Source of the DNA: a bacterium | GTDB lineage: Bacteria; SAR324; NAC60-12 | Direction: 5' to 3' | Assembly: GCA_965205865.1 (NCBI GenBank) | Contig: CBDBHR010000029.1 | Span: 128,001-192,000 of the forward strand | DNA: 64,000 nucleotides | Shown: one piece after another, positions 12,693 to 21,774 of the stretch | Numbering within the stretch: position 1 is the stretch's first letter | Layout: each line of letters begins with the position of its first letter | Notes under the pieces: model-generated | The model's database searches: none | Told to the model about the DNA's origin: nothing | Seen by the model: only the letters and a program-made list of their open reading frames with translations | Translations under genes and position numbers: made by a program

Positions 12693-14480
12693 TCAAAAAC
12701 CCATTTCTTTCTTCAGCTCCTGGTCAACCCAGAGGCGGGCGAAGAGCGGCATTTTCATCAACCCTCCTAATCCACCTTCGCCGTTATACCCTTTGATCCA
12801 CGGCTGGACTACATTAAATAATGGGGTGTCGGGACCCCATATTACCCAGTGCTTCTTTATCACGTGCATATCCATCTCTATAGCCAACGGTTTCTGTTCC
12901 TCAAAGGTGCTAGCGGCTACGGCTTTCTCGTACAAGGCGTCGTAAACCGGGTCGTTGGCTGCAACTGCGTTCGACATACCGTCGGACTTAAACATCCGCA
13001 CCATCAGTATTGGATCAGCTATACCCGCAGTTCTCGTCTGAATCATATCAAATTCTCTGGTTCTTATAGCCTCCCCACGTTGGGTGTAGTTAATTGTTTC
13101 GATCTCCATCTCGACTCCAATCTTACGCCAGTATGCTGCGATTAATTCGGTAAAGCTCATGTCCATCACGTCCCCGTGCTTGTACACGAACTTGAACCTA
13201 ATGCCATCCGAGCCGCGAGGATACCCGGCCTCATCAAGCAGATTCTCTGCTCCCTCAGGGTCATAGGTATAGGCCTTCTTGACCTCCTGAGGCCACTCTT
13301 CAAACGGGATGTAAAACCCATCCATCGCTATCACCCCCATAGGTGTCGTATCTCCATAATCCTTAAAGTAACTATTGTTGACCGTCTCCAGGTCAAGGGC
13401 CATCTGCAAGGCCCAGCGCACCCGGATGTCGTCAAAGGGCGGCTTACTCACGTGGGGAGTAAAAATGTTTTCATTACCTTCCGAATACGGGTAAATCACG
13501 AGTTCGGGATTGGTCTGCTTGAGCTTCTCTATCAGGTCGATAGACGCAATTTGGGACCCTCCCGACCAGCCTACGAAGTCAACCTTACCAGTGCGTAGTG
13601 CCGCCAGATATGTTGATTTCTCCGTCATGATCTGGACCCTTAACTTATCAATGTAGGGCAGACGGTTCGCCGGGAACTTCTCGTCGTAGTCCCAGTAATC
13701 AGGATTCTTGCTGTAGGCAAAAAAGCTACCGTCGACATAGTCAGTCAGCATGAAGGGACCAGTACCTACCAGGTTCCTCCAATCCTCCATGTTCCCGTGT
13801 TCCTTGATCACCTCGGGGGGATTGATCGCTATACTATACCAGTCCGTGATAACGTTCACAGCACGGAGGTATGGCTGCTTCAGCTTAAAAACAACGGTAT
13901 ATCGGTCTGTGGCCGTTATCGACTCCCATTGGGGCTGCCCGAGCTCACCTATCCCTGTGCTCGGTTCCGTGAAGCCGCTTCCTATACCCAACATACGATG
14001 AAAGTTAAATACGACATCATCCGCAGTTAATTCTCTCCTATTCATCGGCGCCTTGTTATGCCAGTGAACGCCCTTGCGGATGTGGAAGGTATAGGTGAGG
14101 CCGTCCGGGGAAATATCCCAGCTTTCAGCCAGCGCACCCTTTATCACGTGTATAGGCATCATGTATCCGCCCAGAAAATGATATTCGTCCCTTTTCATTG
14201 CCCAGTCCAGCTTGCCCAGCTTCTCTACAACGCCACCGACGACGGTAGTCGCTGAAGGTGAAAGGTAAGTGTCAATCGGATATGTCCGATCGCTCTTCAT
14301 GACGAGGGTTATTGTCCCGCCATACTCCGGAGCGGTCACCATTTTACCAGTGGTGGGGTCTTTGACCATCTTCTTCTCAGCCGCAATGGCTGCCGGGCCG
14401 ACCCAAAAGGCGGCCACCATCAGGGTGAAGGTTAAAATAATGAATAATGATTGAATTATTCTGGTTTTTCTGGTTTTCAT
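12693..14480 (-). CDS. ABC substrate-binding protein, family 5
   Basis: Signal peptide, LAESWDISPDGLTYTFHIRKGV, VGTGPF and PFDDIRVR. Confidence 0.92.
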   Translation of the reverse strand: MKTRKTRIIQSLFIILTFTLMVAAFWVGPAAIAAEKKMVKDPTTGKMVTAPEYGGTITLVMKSDRTYPIDTYLSPSATTVVGGVVEKLGKLDWAMKRDEYHFLGGYMMPIHVIKGALAESWDISPDGLTYTFHIRKGVHWHNKAPMNRRELTADDVVFNFHRMLGIGSGFTEPSTGIGELGQPQWESITATDRYTVVFKLKQPYLRAVNVITDWYSIAINPPEVIKEHGNMEDWRNLVGTGPFMLTDYVDGSFFAYSKNPDYWDYDEKFPANRLPYIDKLRVQIMTEKSTYLAALRTGKVDFVGWSGGSQIASIDLIEKLKQTNPELVIYPYSEGNENIFTPHVSKPPFDDIRVRWALQMALDLETVNNSYFKDYGDTTPMGVIAMDGFYIPFEEWPQEVKKAYTYDPEGAENLLDEAGYPRGSDGIRFKFVYKHGDVMDMSFTELIAAYWRKIGVEMEIETINYTQRGEAIRTREFDMIQTRTAGIADPILMVRMFKSDGMSNAVAANDPVYDALYEKAVAASTFEEQKPLAIEMDMHVIKKHWVIWGPDTPLFNVVQPWIKGYNGEGGLGGLMKMPLFARLWVDQELKKEMGF

Positions 14481-14924
14481 ATTTCCTCTTACAATTGAAG
14501 TAAAATAAAAAGATGCGCCACACCATGAGGCGAATCGGTTTTTTGCAGTATCCGCCCAGAAAATGATATTCGTCCCTTTTCATTGCCCAGTCCAGCTGCC
14601 CAGCTTCTCTACAACGCCACCGACGACGGTAGTCGCTGAAGGTGAAAGGTAAGTGTCAATCGGATATGTCCGATCGCTCTTCATGACGAGGGTTATTGTC
14701 CCGCCAACTCCGGAGGGTCACGATTTTAAGTGGTGGGGTCTTTGACCATCTTCTTTCAGCCGCAATGGCTGCCGGGCCGACCCAAAAGGCGGCCACCATC
14801 AGGGTGAAGGTTAAAATAATGAATAATGATTGAATTATTCTGGTTTTTCTGGTTTTCAATTTCCTCTTCAATTGAAGTAAAATAAAAAGATGCGCCACAC
14901 CATGAGGCGAATCGGTTTTTTGCA
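14163..14924. repeat. Tandem ~380-bp duplication of the SBP 5' end (14163-14547 and 14548-14924); second copy degraded
   Basis: Direct comparison; the second copy differs mainly by single-base deletions and has lost the ATG. Confidence 0.9.
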
Positions 14925-15033
14925 GTAGATACGACGTCTGCTACGGTCAGCCCCCCAAAGAGGGCGAAAAATTTCTTTATTATACTCATAGTAACCTCGT
15001 TTAATTCGCACAATCGATTCACCCGCCCTGGGG

Positions 15034-15256
15034 AGAATCAGATTTTCGTAGCAGACACGACGTCTGCCACGGTCAGGCCCATGACGGGGGCCAGGAATTT
15101 TTTAATAAACATAATGACCTTTCTAATGATGGAGCGTAACTATAATAGAATCAGATTTTCGTAGCAGACACGACGTCTGCCACGGTCAGGCCCATGACGG
15201 GGGCCAGGAATTTTTTAATAAACATAATGACCTTTCTAATGATGGAGCGTAACTAT
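15034..15256. repeat. Two identical 110-bp direct repeats (15034-15143, 15147-15256) with a GTAGCAGAC-N5-GTCTGC(C/T)AC palindrome; diverged third copy near 14910-15000
   Basis: Direct sequence comparison. Confidence 0.85.
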
Positions 15257-15440
15257 TCAGGTCTCTGAAAAACCCGTTTAGTTAAATATCATGTAACTAT
15301 TCAGGTCTCTGAAAAACCCGTTTATTAAATATCGTTAAAAAAGATTCCCGGAGAGGATCGATCGTTTTCAAGTCCTCCCACGATATTGTTCAATCGATCG
15401 GAAACCCTCTTCTTTCATAAAAACACCTTAACGAAGACAT

Positions 15441-15468
15441 ATTATAACACAATAAAATGTAATGTCAA
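15441..15468 (-). promoter_or_regulatory. Consensus sigma70 promoter with extended -10
   Basis: TTGACA-N16-TATAAT preceded by TGn. Confidence 0.7.
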
Positions 15469-15666
15469 TCCCCTGATGTAAAATAAATTCGGGATTCGCA
15501 AAAAAAAACAAAAAATCAATAAATCTACTCAAATCCGGGGACAGTCAGAAGCCGTTCAGTTCAATAACATTGAAAAAAGATTCTCGGGAAGAATCCATCG
15601 TTTTCAAGTCCTCTCACGGTATTGTTCATTCGATCGAGCGGGAACCCTCCCACAGCTAATTTTGAA

Positions 15667-17070
15667 TCAAATGATACAAAAAGCCTGCGTTCCTTCAGCA
15701 GTTCGGAAGCCGCCGGAGATTTTTTGTTTCAGTTTAACCATGCGCACATCTCGCTCGGCTTGGTTGTTGTCAAAAGGAACCCGGAAGTCATCCATGAATA
15801 ACAAGGTTTCCTTTTCATAGAGGATCAAGCGATCGAGTAAATTTTTGGCTTTGCTCTGTTTGGGGCGTCCTCGTTTCTTTGTTTGAGGAGGGGGAGGATA
15901 GAGCTTAAGGGCTTCTTGGGTGATATCACGATAGCGTTGCCGGAAGTGATCGAGTTGGATTGGACTCAAAGCAGATTGTTCTTTGAACTTGGCTTGGTCT
16001 ACTTGCTCTTTGATCTCTACCAGTAAGTCGCTCATCTCCTGAGCCCACAAGGCCTTTTCTTGTTGATAGGCCCGAGTGAGTTCACGTAAATGATGCGCAT
16101 TGCAAAAGCCATGATCACACTCATAATGCTGGTAGCTCTCCCAGTGATCATGAATGGCTGTCTTTTCAAACTGAGGCAGGATACCGGCAGCATCCATTCC
16201 GGCTTGACCCCGTTTGTCGTGGATAAAATAAAAGGTCAGCTCTTCGGTAGAGGCTGAATGAAGCCAGCGACGTTGTTTGTTTTCAAACAAAGAGGTTTCA
16301 TCAAAATGAACCACCTCCGCTTGAATCAGAGCTTCAGCCACTTGTTGTTGGAAGGGATAAAGCCTATGGGCGGCTTGCCGGAGGCTGGCATAAATCGTGG
16401 CCGCATTGAGCGGCTGGCCGAACAGATCCTCAAAGAATTGCTGGCATCGATCAAAGGGCAGAAACTGATATTGATTGAGATAAACCGCTAAGCCTTTGAT
16501 CCGGGGACCATATTGAGTGGGCGCCTCTATCCCTGCTGGAAAGCTCGAGTGATTCAGATGCCGGCAGCAGGGACAAATTTTTTGTTCCACCTGGTGTTCA
16601 GTAACCTCTAATTGCAGAGAGGGGAGATCGAACACCTGACGTTTATGCGTGGCCTCAACCGCCACCTTGGATAAATCTTCTCCACAAGTTTCACAGGTGT
16701 TGACAAAATGAGGCTCCACATGATCTGGTGATTCACTGAAAGCCAAATGATGGCCTTGATGACCGGGTTGACCTCCGCGAGAGCGACCCCTGCTTTTACG
16801 TAAGCTTTTGTTCTTTCGACTTTGATCGGTGGAAGGAGGTTTACTTGAGTTTTGGCTGTTGAGAGCCAGCTGATCCAGAAGTTGCTTATTTTCTGTTTCG
16901 AGAGCTTCAATACGCTTATTTTCTATTTCGAGACGTTCGAGGAGTTTTAATCGCTCTTTCTTCCATTGGTCCCGTTCTTCTTCAAAGAGTTGACAGGCTT
17001 CTTGAAGAGCCTCAAGGAGGGAAGTCGATGAAATGGAATTAATATATTTTTTTTGAAATTTCGAGAGCAT
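15667..17070 (-). CDS. IS66-family transposase, apparently C-terminally truncated
   Basis: NSQNSSKPPS, GGQPGHQGH, zinc motifs, HFDETS, CNAHHLREL and VPFDNNQAERDVRMVKLKQKISGGFR, then an early stop. Confidence 0.9.
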   Translation of the reverse strand: MLSKFQKKYINSISSTSLLEALQEACQLFEEERDQWKKERLKLLERLEIENKRIEALETENKQLLDQLALNSQNSSKPPSTDQSRKNKSLRKSRGRSRGGQPGHQGHHLAFSESPDHVEPHFVNTCETCGEDLSKVAVEATHKRQVFDLPSLQLEVTEHQVEQKICPCCRHLNHSSFPAGIEAPTQYGPRIKGLAVYLNQYQFLPFDRCQQFFEDLFGQPLNAATIYASLRQAAHRLYPFQQQVAEALIQAEVVHFDETSLFENKQRRWLHSASTEELTFYFIHDKRGQAGMDAAGILPQFEKTAIHDHWESYQHYECDHGFCNAHHLRELTRAYQQEKALWAQEMSDLLVEIKEQVDQAKFKEQSALSPIQLDHFRQRYRDITQEALKLYPPPPQTKKRGRPKQSKAKNLLDRLILYEKETLLFMDDFRVPFDNNQAERDVRMVKLKQKISGGFRTAEGTQAFCII

Positions 17071-17261
17071 AAAATCCTTCCTGAATTTTATGCTATGCAA
17101 ATTCCGTGCTTAAATCGAAGGGGTCTCTAAAGAAACCTAAATAGTTACAATATCATTAAAAAAGATTCCCGGGGAGGATCGATCGTTTTCAATTCCTCTC
17201 ACGATATTGTTCCATCGATCGGGAACCCTTTCATTCACTAAAACAATTTAGCGATGGCATG

Positions 17262-17289
17262 ATCCTAGCACAACAAACCGCGATGTCAA
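17262..17289 (-). promoter_or_regulatory. Second copy of the sigma70 promoter
   Basis: TTGACA-N16-TAGGAT with TGn; boxes conserved while the spacer has diverged. Confidence 0.6.
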
Positions 17290-17520
17290 TCCCCTGATGT
17301 AAGATAAATACGGGATTCGCAATCGCTCGAGTCGTCTGCATACATCTATTTCCTTTAAAAATTGGAAATTCAGCAGACAAACAATATTATTACCAAACGT
17401 CTCTAATATATTTGAAACAGTGCTGTCCCGCGGAAAAAAGACTTGTCAACAGCGTGCGCAACCTTTACGATTGCAAAAAGCGCTCATTTCGATTCTTCAT
17501 CAATTTCAAAGGAGCTCGAT

Positions 17521-17796
17521 ATGACTTTTGAAGAATTGGCCTCCCTTGCCGATCCTCAGCGGATTGAGAACGATCACATCAAAGCTATTTGGTATGAACT
17601 TCAAGGCAATTGGAACAAGGCCCATCAAACTGTTCAGAACATGAGCACCGTTCATGCAAAATGGATCCACGCCTATTTGCATCGTAAAGAAGGCGACATT
17701 GGTAATAGCAAATATTGGTATCGCGCTGCGGGGAAAGAATATCCGGGCAATATAGATTTTAATAAAGAACTAGAAGCCATCTTCATGGATTTGTAG
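17521..17796 (+). CDS. Conserved small helical hypothetical protein
   Basis: AAGGAG RBS; WIHAYLHRKEGDIGNSKYWY motif. Confidence 0.7.
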   Translation: MTFEELASLADPQRIENDHIKAIWYELQGNWNKAHQTVQNMSTVHAKWIHAYLHRKEGDIGNSKYWYRAAGKEYPGNIDFNKELEAIFMDL

Positions 17797-17815
17797 ATGG
17801 TTTTTCTTCAATTTA

Positions 17816-18940
17816 TTAAGGTCTGTTAAGCGTTTCCCTGTAGATCTCCAACGTTTGTTCAGCAGTCTTCTCTTTAGAGAATTCTTGCACGAATTTCCGG
17901 GCTTCAGAGATCAAACCCGTGCGAAGTCCGCTATTGCTCAAAACTTCCTGAACAGCCCTTGCCAGTCCCGCCGTGTCTCCAACCGCAGCCGTTAAACCAG
18001 TCAATCGATTGCGAACGATTTCAGGCAGGCCACCTGCTTCAGTGGCTACAACTGGGGTTCCGGCAACAAATGCGTCGAGAACCGTCGTACCCAGCCCTTC
18101 GGTTTTGCTCGTGAAGAGCAGAAGGTCGAGTTCGGATAGGATTGCCGGGGCATCTTCTCGAAAGCCTGTCAACACGATGCGTTTCTCGAGACCTTTGGCT
18201 GTCACCAACTCGCGGATCATTCGTTCCTCTCCCCCGTCTCCTCCCACGATGAAATAAGTCGCATCCAACCTTTCCCGCAGTAGTCGTTCGGCGACTTCGA
18301 CAAACGTCCGATAGTCCTTGTGTCCGGCAATCGCGGAGACGTTGCCGATTAGAATATGATTTTCAGGCAGTTGATATTCCTTACGCAAAGCAGGCTTGAA
18401 TTTCTTAGAAAATTTTTCGAGGTCAACGCCGGAATACACGACCTCGAGCCGGTCTGCGCCTCGGAGAACGGGTCTTATCATATCTGCAATGAAGCGAGAA
18501 ACGCATACGATTGTACGTACACTCGCGTGATTGTACTTCCATTGAGAAATTACACCCTCACCCACCGGAATGTCGACACGCCTGCTGACGACGCCAGGGA
18601 CGGAATTTCCGAACAGAGCAGACGAAAGAACTATGAGAGAATGGGCGTGCGAATCATGCGCATGCATCAGGTCAATCCCATTCCTCTCACAGACGCGTCT
18701 GAGCGTCAATGCGCCAGGGAGATCGAATGGAGACCGTCTTTGATAGCAATGATGTGGCATCCCTTGAGAAAGGAAATAGCGTTCGGTAGACGAACCCTTG
18801 GGAGAGAAGAGCAGTTGTTCCACTCGCCGTTTGGCCATCTCCTCGACAAGATACGCAATTTGTTGCTCACCTCCACGCCAGGTTTTTGCTGTTGAGATAT
18901 GGAGAACCTTCAATGTTTTTTTTCTATATTGAACGCTCAT
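17816..18940 (-). CDS. Glycosyltransferase family 4
   Basis: WRGGEQQ, HAHDSHAH and EGLGTTVLDA; start uncertain. Confidence 0.9.
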   Translation of the reverse strand: MSVQYRKKTLKVLHISTAKTWRGGEQQIAYLVEEMAKRRVEQLLFSPKGSSTERYFLSQGMPHHCYQRRSPFDLPGALTLRRVCERNGIDLMHAHDSHAHSLIVLSSALFGNSVPGVVSRRVDIPVGEGVISQWKYNHASVRTIVCVSRFIADMIRPVLRGADRLEVVYSGVDLEKFSKKFKPALRKEYQLPENHILIGNVSAIAGHKDYRTFVEVAERLLRERLDATYFIVGGDGGEERMIRELVTAKGLEKRIVLTGFREDAPAILSELDLLLFTSKTEGLGTTVLDAFVAGTPVVATEAGGLPEIVRNRLTGLTAAVGDTAGLARAVQEVLSNSGLRTGLISEARKFVQEFSKEKTAEQTLEIYRETLNRP

Positions 18941-19102
18941 ATACGCATTTTGAGGCTTCAGGCGGTAGTCAGAAAATTTTATCCCTCGAATTGTAGCCTG
19001 TAATTTCCTGATTCCAGGCTTGACCAAGAATCCAAGGCGTTGCCATGCTATCTCGTTCCTTGATCCCGGACCAAATCTGGAATGATAAATTATTGAATTT
19101 AT

Positions 19103-19368
19103 TAATTAACCTGAGTTCGAGATAAGAATTTAATAAATTCAATATGTTATGGAATCTTCATATCTTAGAGAAACCTTGTCATTCCTGCGAGATCCGTGCG
19201 TACGCAGGGAAGGAATCCAGAGGTATGCAGCCAGACTGAAATCCGGATCCCCGCTCCCCGTTCCCCGCATTCGCGAGGACAAGTTTCGCGGGGACAAATT
19301 TCGCGAGGATGACAAATACACCAGGATACTCATATTATTGAAGATTTATGTCGAACTCAGGTTAATTA
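19103..19368. mobile_element. MITE-like element with 23-bp terminal IRs and an internal REP-like palindrome pair
   Basis: TAATTAACCTGAGTTCGA(G/C)ATAA at both ends (22/23 match); internal GTCATTCCTGCG...GGAATCC and GGATCCCCG...CGCGAGGATGAC. Confidence 0.7.
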
Positions 19369-19562
19369 TTTTTCAAATATAGAAAAACCACGACCAGCCG
19401 GATAACGGTTGTATTGTTTCTAATACAGTCAATCACAATGCACGAAATTGATACAATATGTTACAAAAAATTACTTTTTTGAAAAGAATTTCTGCCTTCT
19501 TTTTGAGACCATACAATTTATTCACCGCAGTCATGCTGCGATGAGATATTGTTTTACCAATA

Positions 19563-19595
19563 GATACGCCGCTGCTTGCCGCGGGGTTGTTCATT
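19563..19595. repeat. IS200/IS605-like end hairpin relic
   Basis: GATACGCCGCTGCTTGCCGCGGGGTTGTTCATT imperfect palindrome. Confidence 0.45.
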
Positions 19596-19621
19596 ACGAA
19601 TTTATAAGAAGGGAGTTTATT

Positions 19622-20083
19622 ATGTTGCAAATATTGAGCGATACGATTGAGGATTTGCACCCCATTACGGTTCATTTCCCGATTGCCCTCTTGGTAGTCA
19701 GCGCTGGATTGAGCGTTGTCTTGCGCTTCAAACACATTGCCAATTTGCGAGAAACATCCTGGCTTTTATTGTGGATTGGAACACTGGGGGCCCTTGTTGC
19801 CAGTGTCACAGGAGTCATTTCTCATTTTGAAGCAACTGATTTGCATGATGTGATTGAAACTCATCAAATGTGGAGTTTTGCCGTCACTGTTTTTTTCATT
19901 GCTCTGACAATTTGGCGCTGGCGTTCTCGCGCGCGGAGAACTGATGTTGGGGAATCTCCTTTATACTTGATCCTCATTTTGATTGGAATGATTGGACTGA
20001 TTTTGTCCGGAATGACCGGCGGAGATTTAGTCTATGACTATGGAATTAATGTCAGGGGAACGAATCCTTTGTTAGAACAGTGA
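19622..20083 (+). CDS. DUF2231-like membrane protein
   Basis: LHPITVHFPIAL and GGDLVYDYG; four TM segments. Confidence 0.85.
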   Translation: MLQILSDTIEDLHPITVHFPIALLVVSAGLSVVLRFKHIANLRETSWLLLWIGTLGALVASVTGVISHFEATDLHDVIETHQMWSFAVTVFFIALTIWRWRSRARRTDVGESPLYLILILIGMIGLILSGMTGGDLVYDYGINVRGTNPLLEQ

Positions 20084-20106
20084 TGGAGAAGTGAAGGAGT
20101 TGAATA

Positions 20107-20454
20107 ATGAAAGCATTGGATTTGGCAATGCAATATATGGAAATATTTTACTCAGGGAGTGACATTGAAACATTGTCTCCATTGTTTGCAAATGACTTTA
20201 TTTTCGAAGGGCCCTTTTTTCATTTTGATTCTGCCAAAGGTTATCTCGATTCTCTGAGGAAGAATCCGCCCAAAGACATGAAATATGAAATAATTTACTC
20301 CTTCGAAAAGGAGAATTGCGCTTGTTTGATTTATCAGTTTTCGAAAAAAGATAAATCAACCCCAATGGCACAGGTATTTGACCTGTCTGGGGATAAGATC
20401 CATAAAATTATTCTCATATTTGATACGAGCACTTTCAGGGGAATAGGGGAGTGA
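20107..20454 (+). CDS. SnoaL/NTF2-like protein
   Basis: LFANDFIFEGP and KIHKIILIFD pattern; GAAGGAG RBS. Confidence 0.7.
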   Translation: MKALDLAMQYMEIFYSGSDIETLSPLFANDFIFEGPFFHFDSAKGYLDSLRKNPPKDMKYEIIYSFEKENCACLIYQFSKKDKSTPMAQVFDLSGDKIHKIILIFDTSTFRGIGE

Positions 20455-20481
20455 GGGGGTTTGAAGATCTTTCAGAAAGGA

Positions 20482-20691
20482 TCATTCATCCAACAACCGC
20501 AAAAAAGTCTCCCGCAGATTTTGGGGACAAACCAAAGCCCGGTTGCCTTCAGCGAGGGCGTCGCCGTTTAAAAACGGAGCAACATAAGCGCCGGCTTGCT
20601 GACAAAGGAGGAGACCTGACAGCGCGTCCCAACTGTTCAAATGGAGTTCAAAAAAGCCATCGAAGCGGCCCGCAGCCGTATGGGCCAGCAT
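20482..20691 (-). pseudogene. C-terminal fragment of an inositol monophosphatase
   Basis: LAHTAAGRFDGFFELHLNSWDALSGLLLCQQAGA; N-terminal part absent. Confidence 0.7.
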
Positions 20692-20767
20692 GAGAGCCTT
20701 GGTTTGGCAATAAGGTCTCCAGATATGGCATCAACAGACACAACTCGATTTTTGCAATAAAACGCTT

Positions 20768-21580
20768 TCAATAGGCGATGGGTACGGCACTCTCCTCTTT
20801 GATCGGCGCCGGTGCGCCCATCAATTCATGCATCCGGTTGACGGCCGCTTCAGCAGCGCCGGCCATAATGCGCACGTCGTTGCTGATAGTGACAAAACGA
20901 AACCCTTTTTCAATCATGCGCATGGCGTATTCCGGCGTCCCATTGTGCAGTCCCGGTAGCACTCCGTATTCCAGAGACTTGCGCACGATCATATCAATGG
21001 CTTCCACGACCGGTTTTTCTTCCTGATCCAATTTGGGCGTACATCCCAGTGAATTGGAAAGATCGGCAGGGCCGACATAAATGGCCTTCAATCCATCAAC
21101 CCGGAGAATTTCGTCCAAATTGTCCAATGCTTGTTTGGTTTCGATCATGGCAAACGGAATGATTTCGTCATTCGCTTTCTTCGCATAGTCGTCTCCTCCA
21201 TAGATCAATGCCCGGATTGGCCCGAAACTACGCTGCCCGACCGGAGGATAATAGCAAGCCTCCAGAAATCGTTCCGTATCCTCACTTTTATTGATCATGG
21301 GACAGATCACCCCCATCACTCCGGCATCCAACATTCTCATGATGATACCAGGCTCCAACCAGGGCACCCGCGCTAAAGGCATGGTAGCGGTCGTTGAAAT
21401 TGCTTGAAGCATGGTCACTCCTATCTGATAATCCGCCACTCCATGCTGCAAGTCGATTGTGAGGGAATCCCATCCTTGATGGGCCATGGTTTCGGCAGAA
21501 AAGGAGCTGGGAATGGCCAACCAGCCATTAACCGTCGGTTTTTGGTTTTTCCAATTTTCCAATATTGTATTTTTTCGCAT
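20768..21580 (-). CDS. HpcH/HpaI aldolase family protein
   Basis: IDLQHG, LDAGVMGVICPM, AMIET and VGPADLS. Confidence 0.9.
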   Translation of the reverse strand: MRKNTILENWKNQKPTVNGWLAIPSSFSAETMAHQGWDSLTIDLQHGVADYQIGVTMLQAISTTATMPLARVPWLEPGIIMRMLDAGVMGVICPMINKSEDTERFLEACYYPPVGQRSFGPIRALIYGGDDYAKKANDEIIPFAMIETKQALDNLDEILRVDGLKAIYVGPADLSNSLGCTPKLDQEEKPVVEAIDMIVRKSLEYGVLPGLHNGTPEYAMRMIEKGFRFVTISNDVRIMAGAAEAAVNRMHELMGAPAPIKEESAVPIAY

Positions 21581-21774
21581 AATTACTCTTTCTTTCATAA
21601 ATTGGGTTGTCGTTCACAGCACCGGTCCTTCCACTCGAATAAGTTCTGAGCTTTTCAATCGAAAGGCCTGGCTGTCAGGGATTTTCGTCGTTTGTCCTTA
21701 TTGACGATGGGCTGTTCATATTGAAACAACAGGCCGACATGTCAAGTCGTTTTGATCACATCTACTGAGATAAA

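Larger units (their letters stand above)
15293..17148 (-). mobile_element. IS66-family element (single-ORF type) with terminal IRs and 8-bp target duplication
   Basis: IRs GTAACTATTCAGGT (15293) and GTAACTATTTAGGT (reverse strand from 17148); AATATCAT at 15285-15292 and 17149-17156. Confidence 0.88.

Noticed and set aside
14548-14924. SBP 5' duplication as a diversity-generating template or silent cassette
   Set aside because: Differences are mostly single-base deletions rather than A-specific substitutions and no reverse transcriptase is present; it resembles an unpolished long-read duplicate
15034-15335. Direct repeats as a CRISPR array
   Set aside because: Units are long and adjacent with no unique spacers, and there are no cas genes
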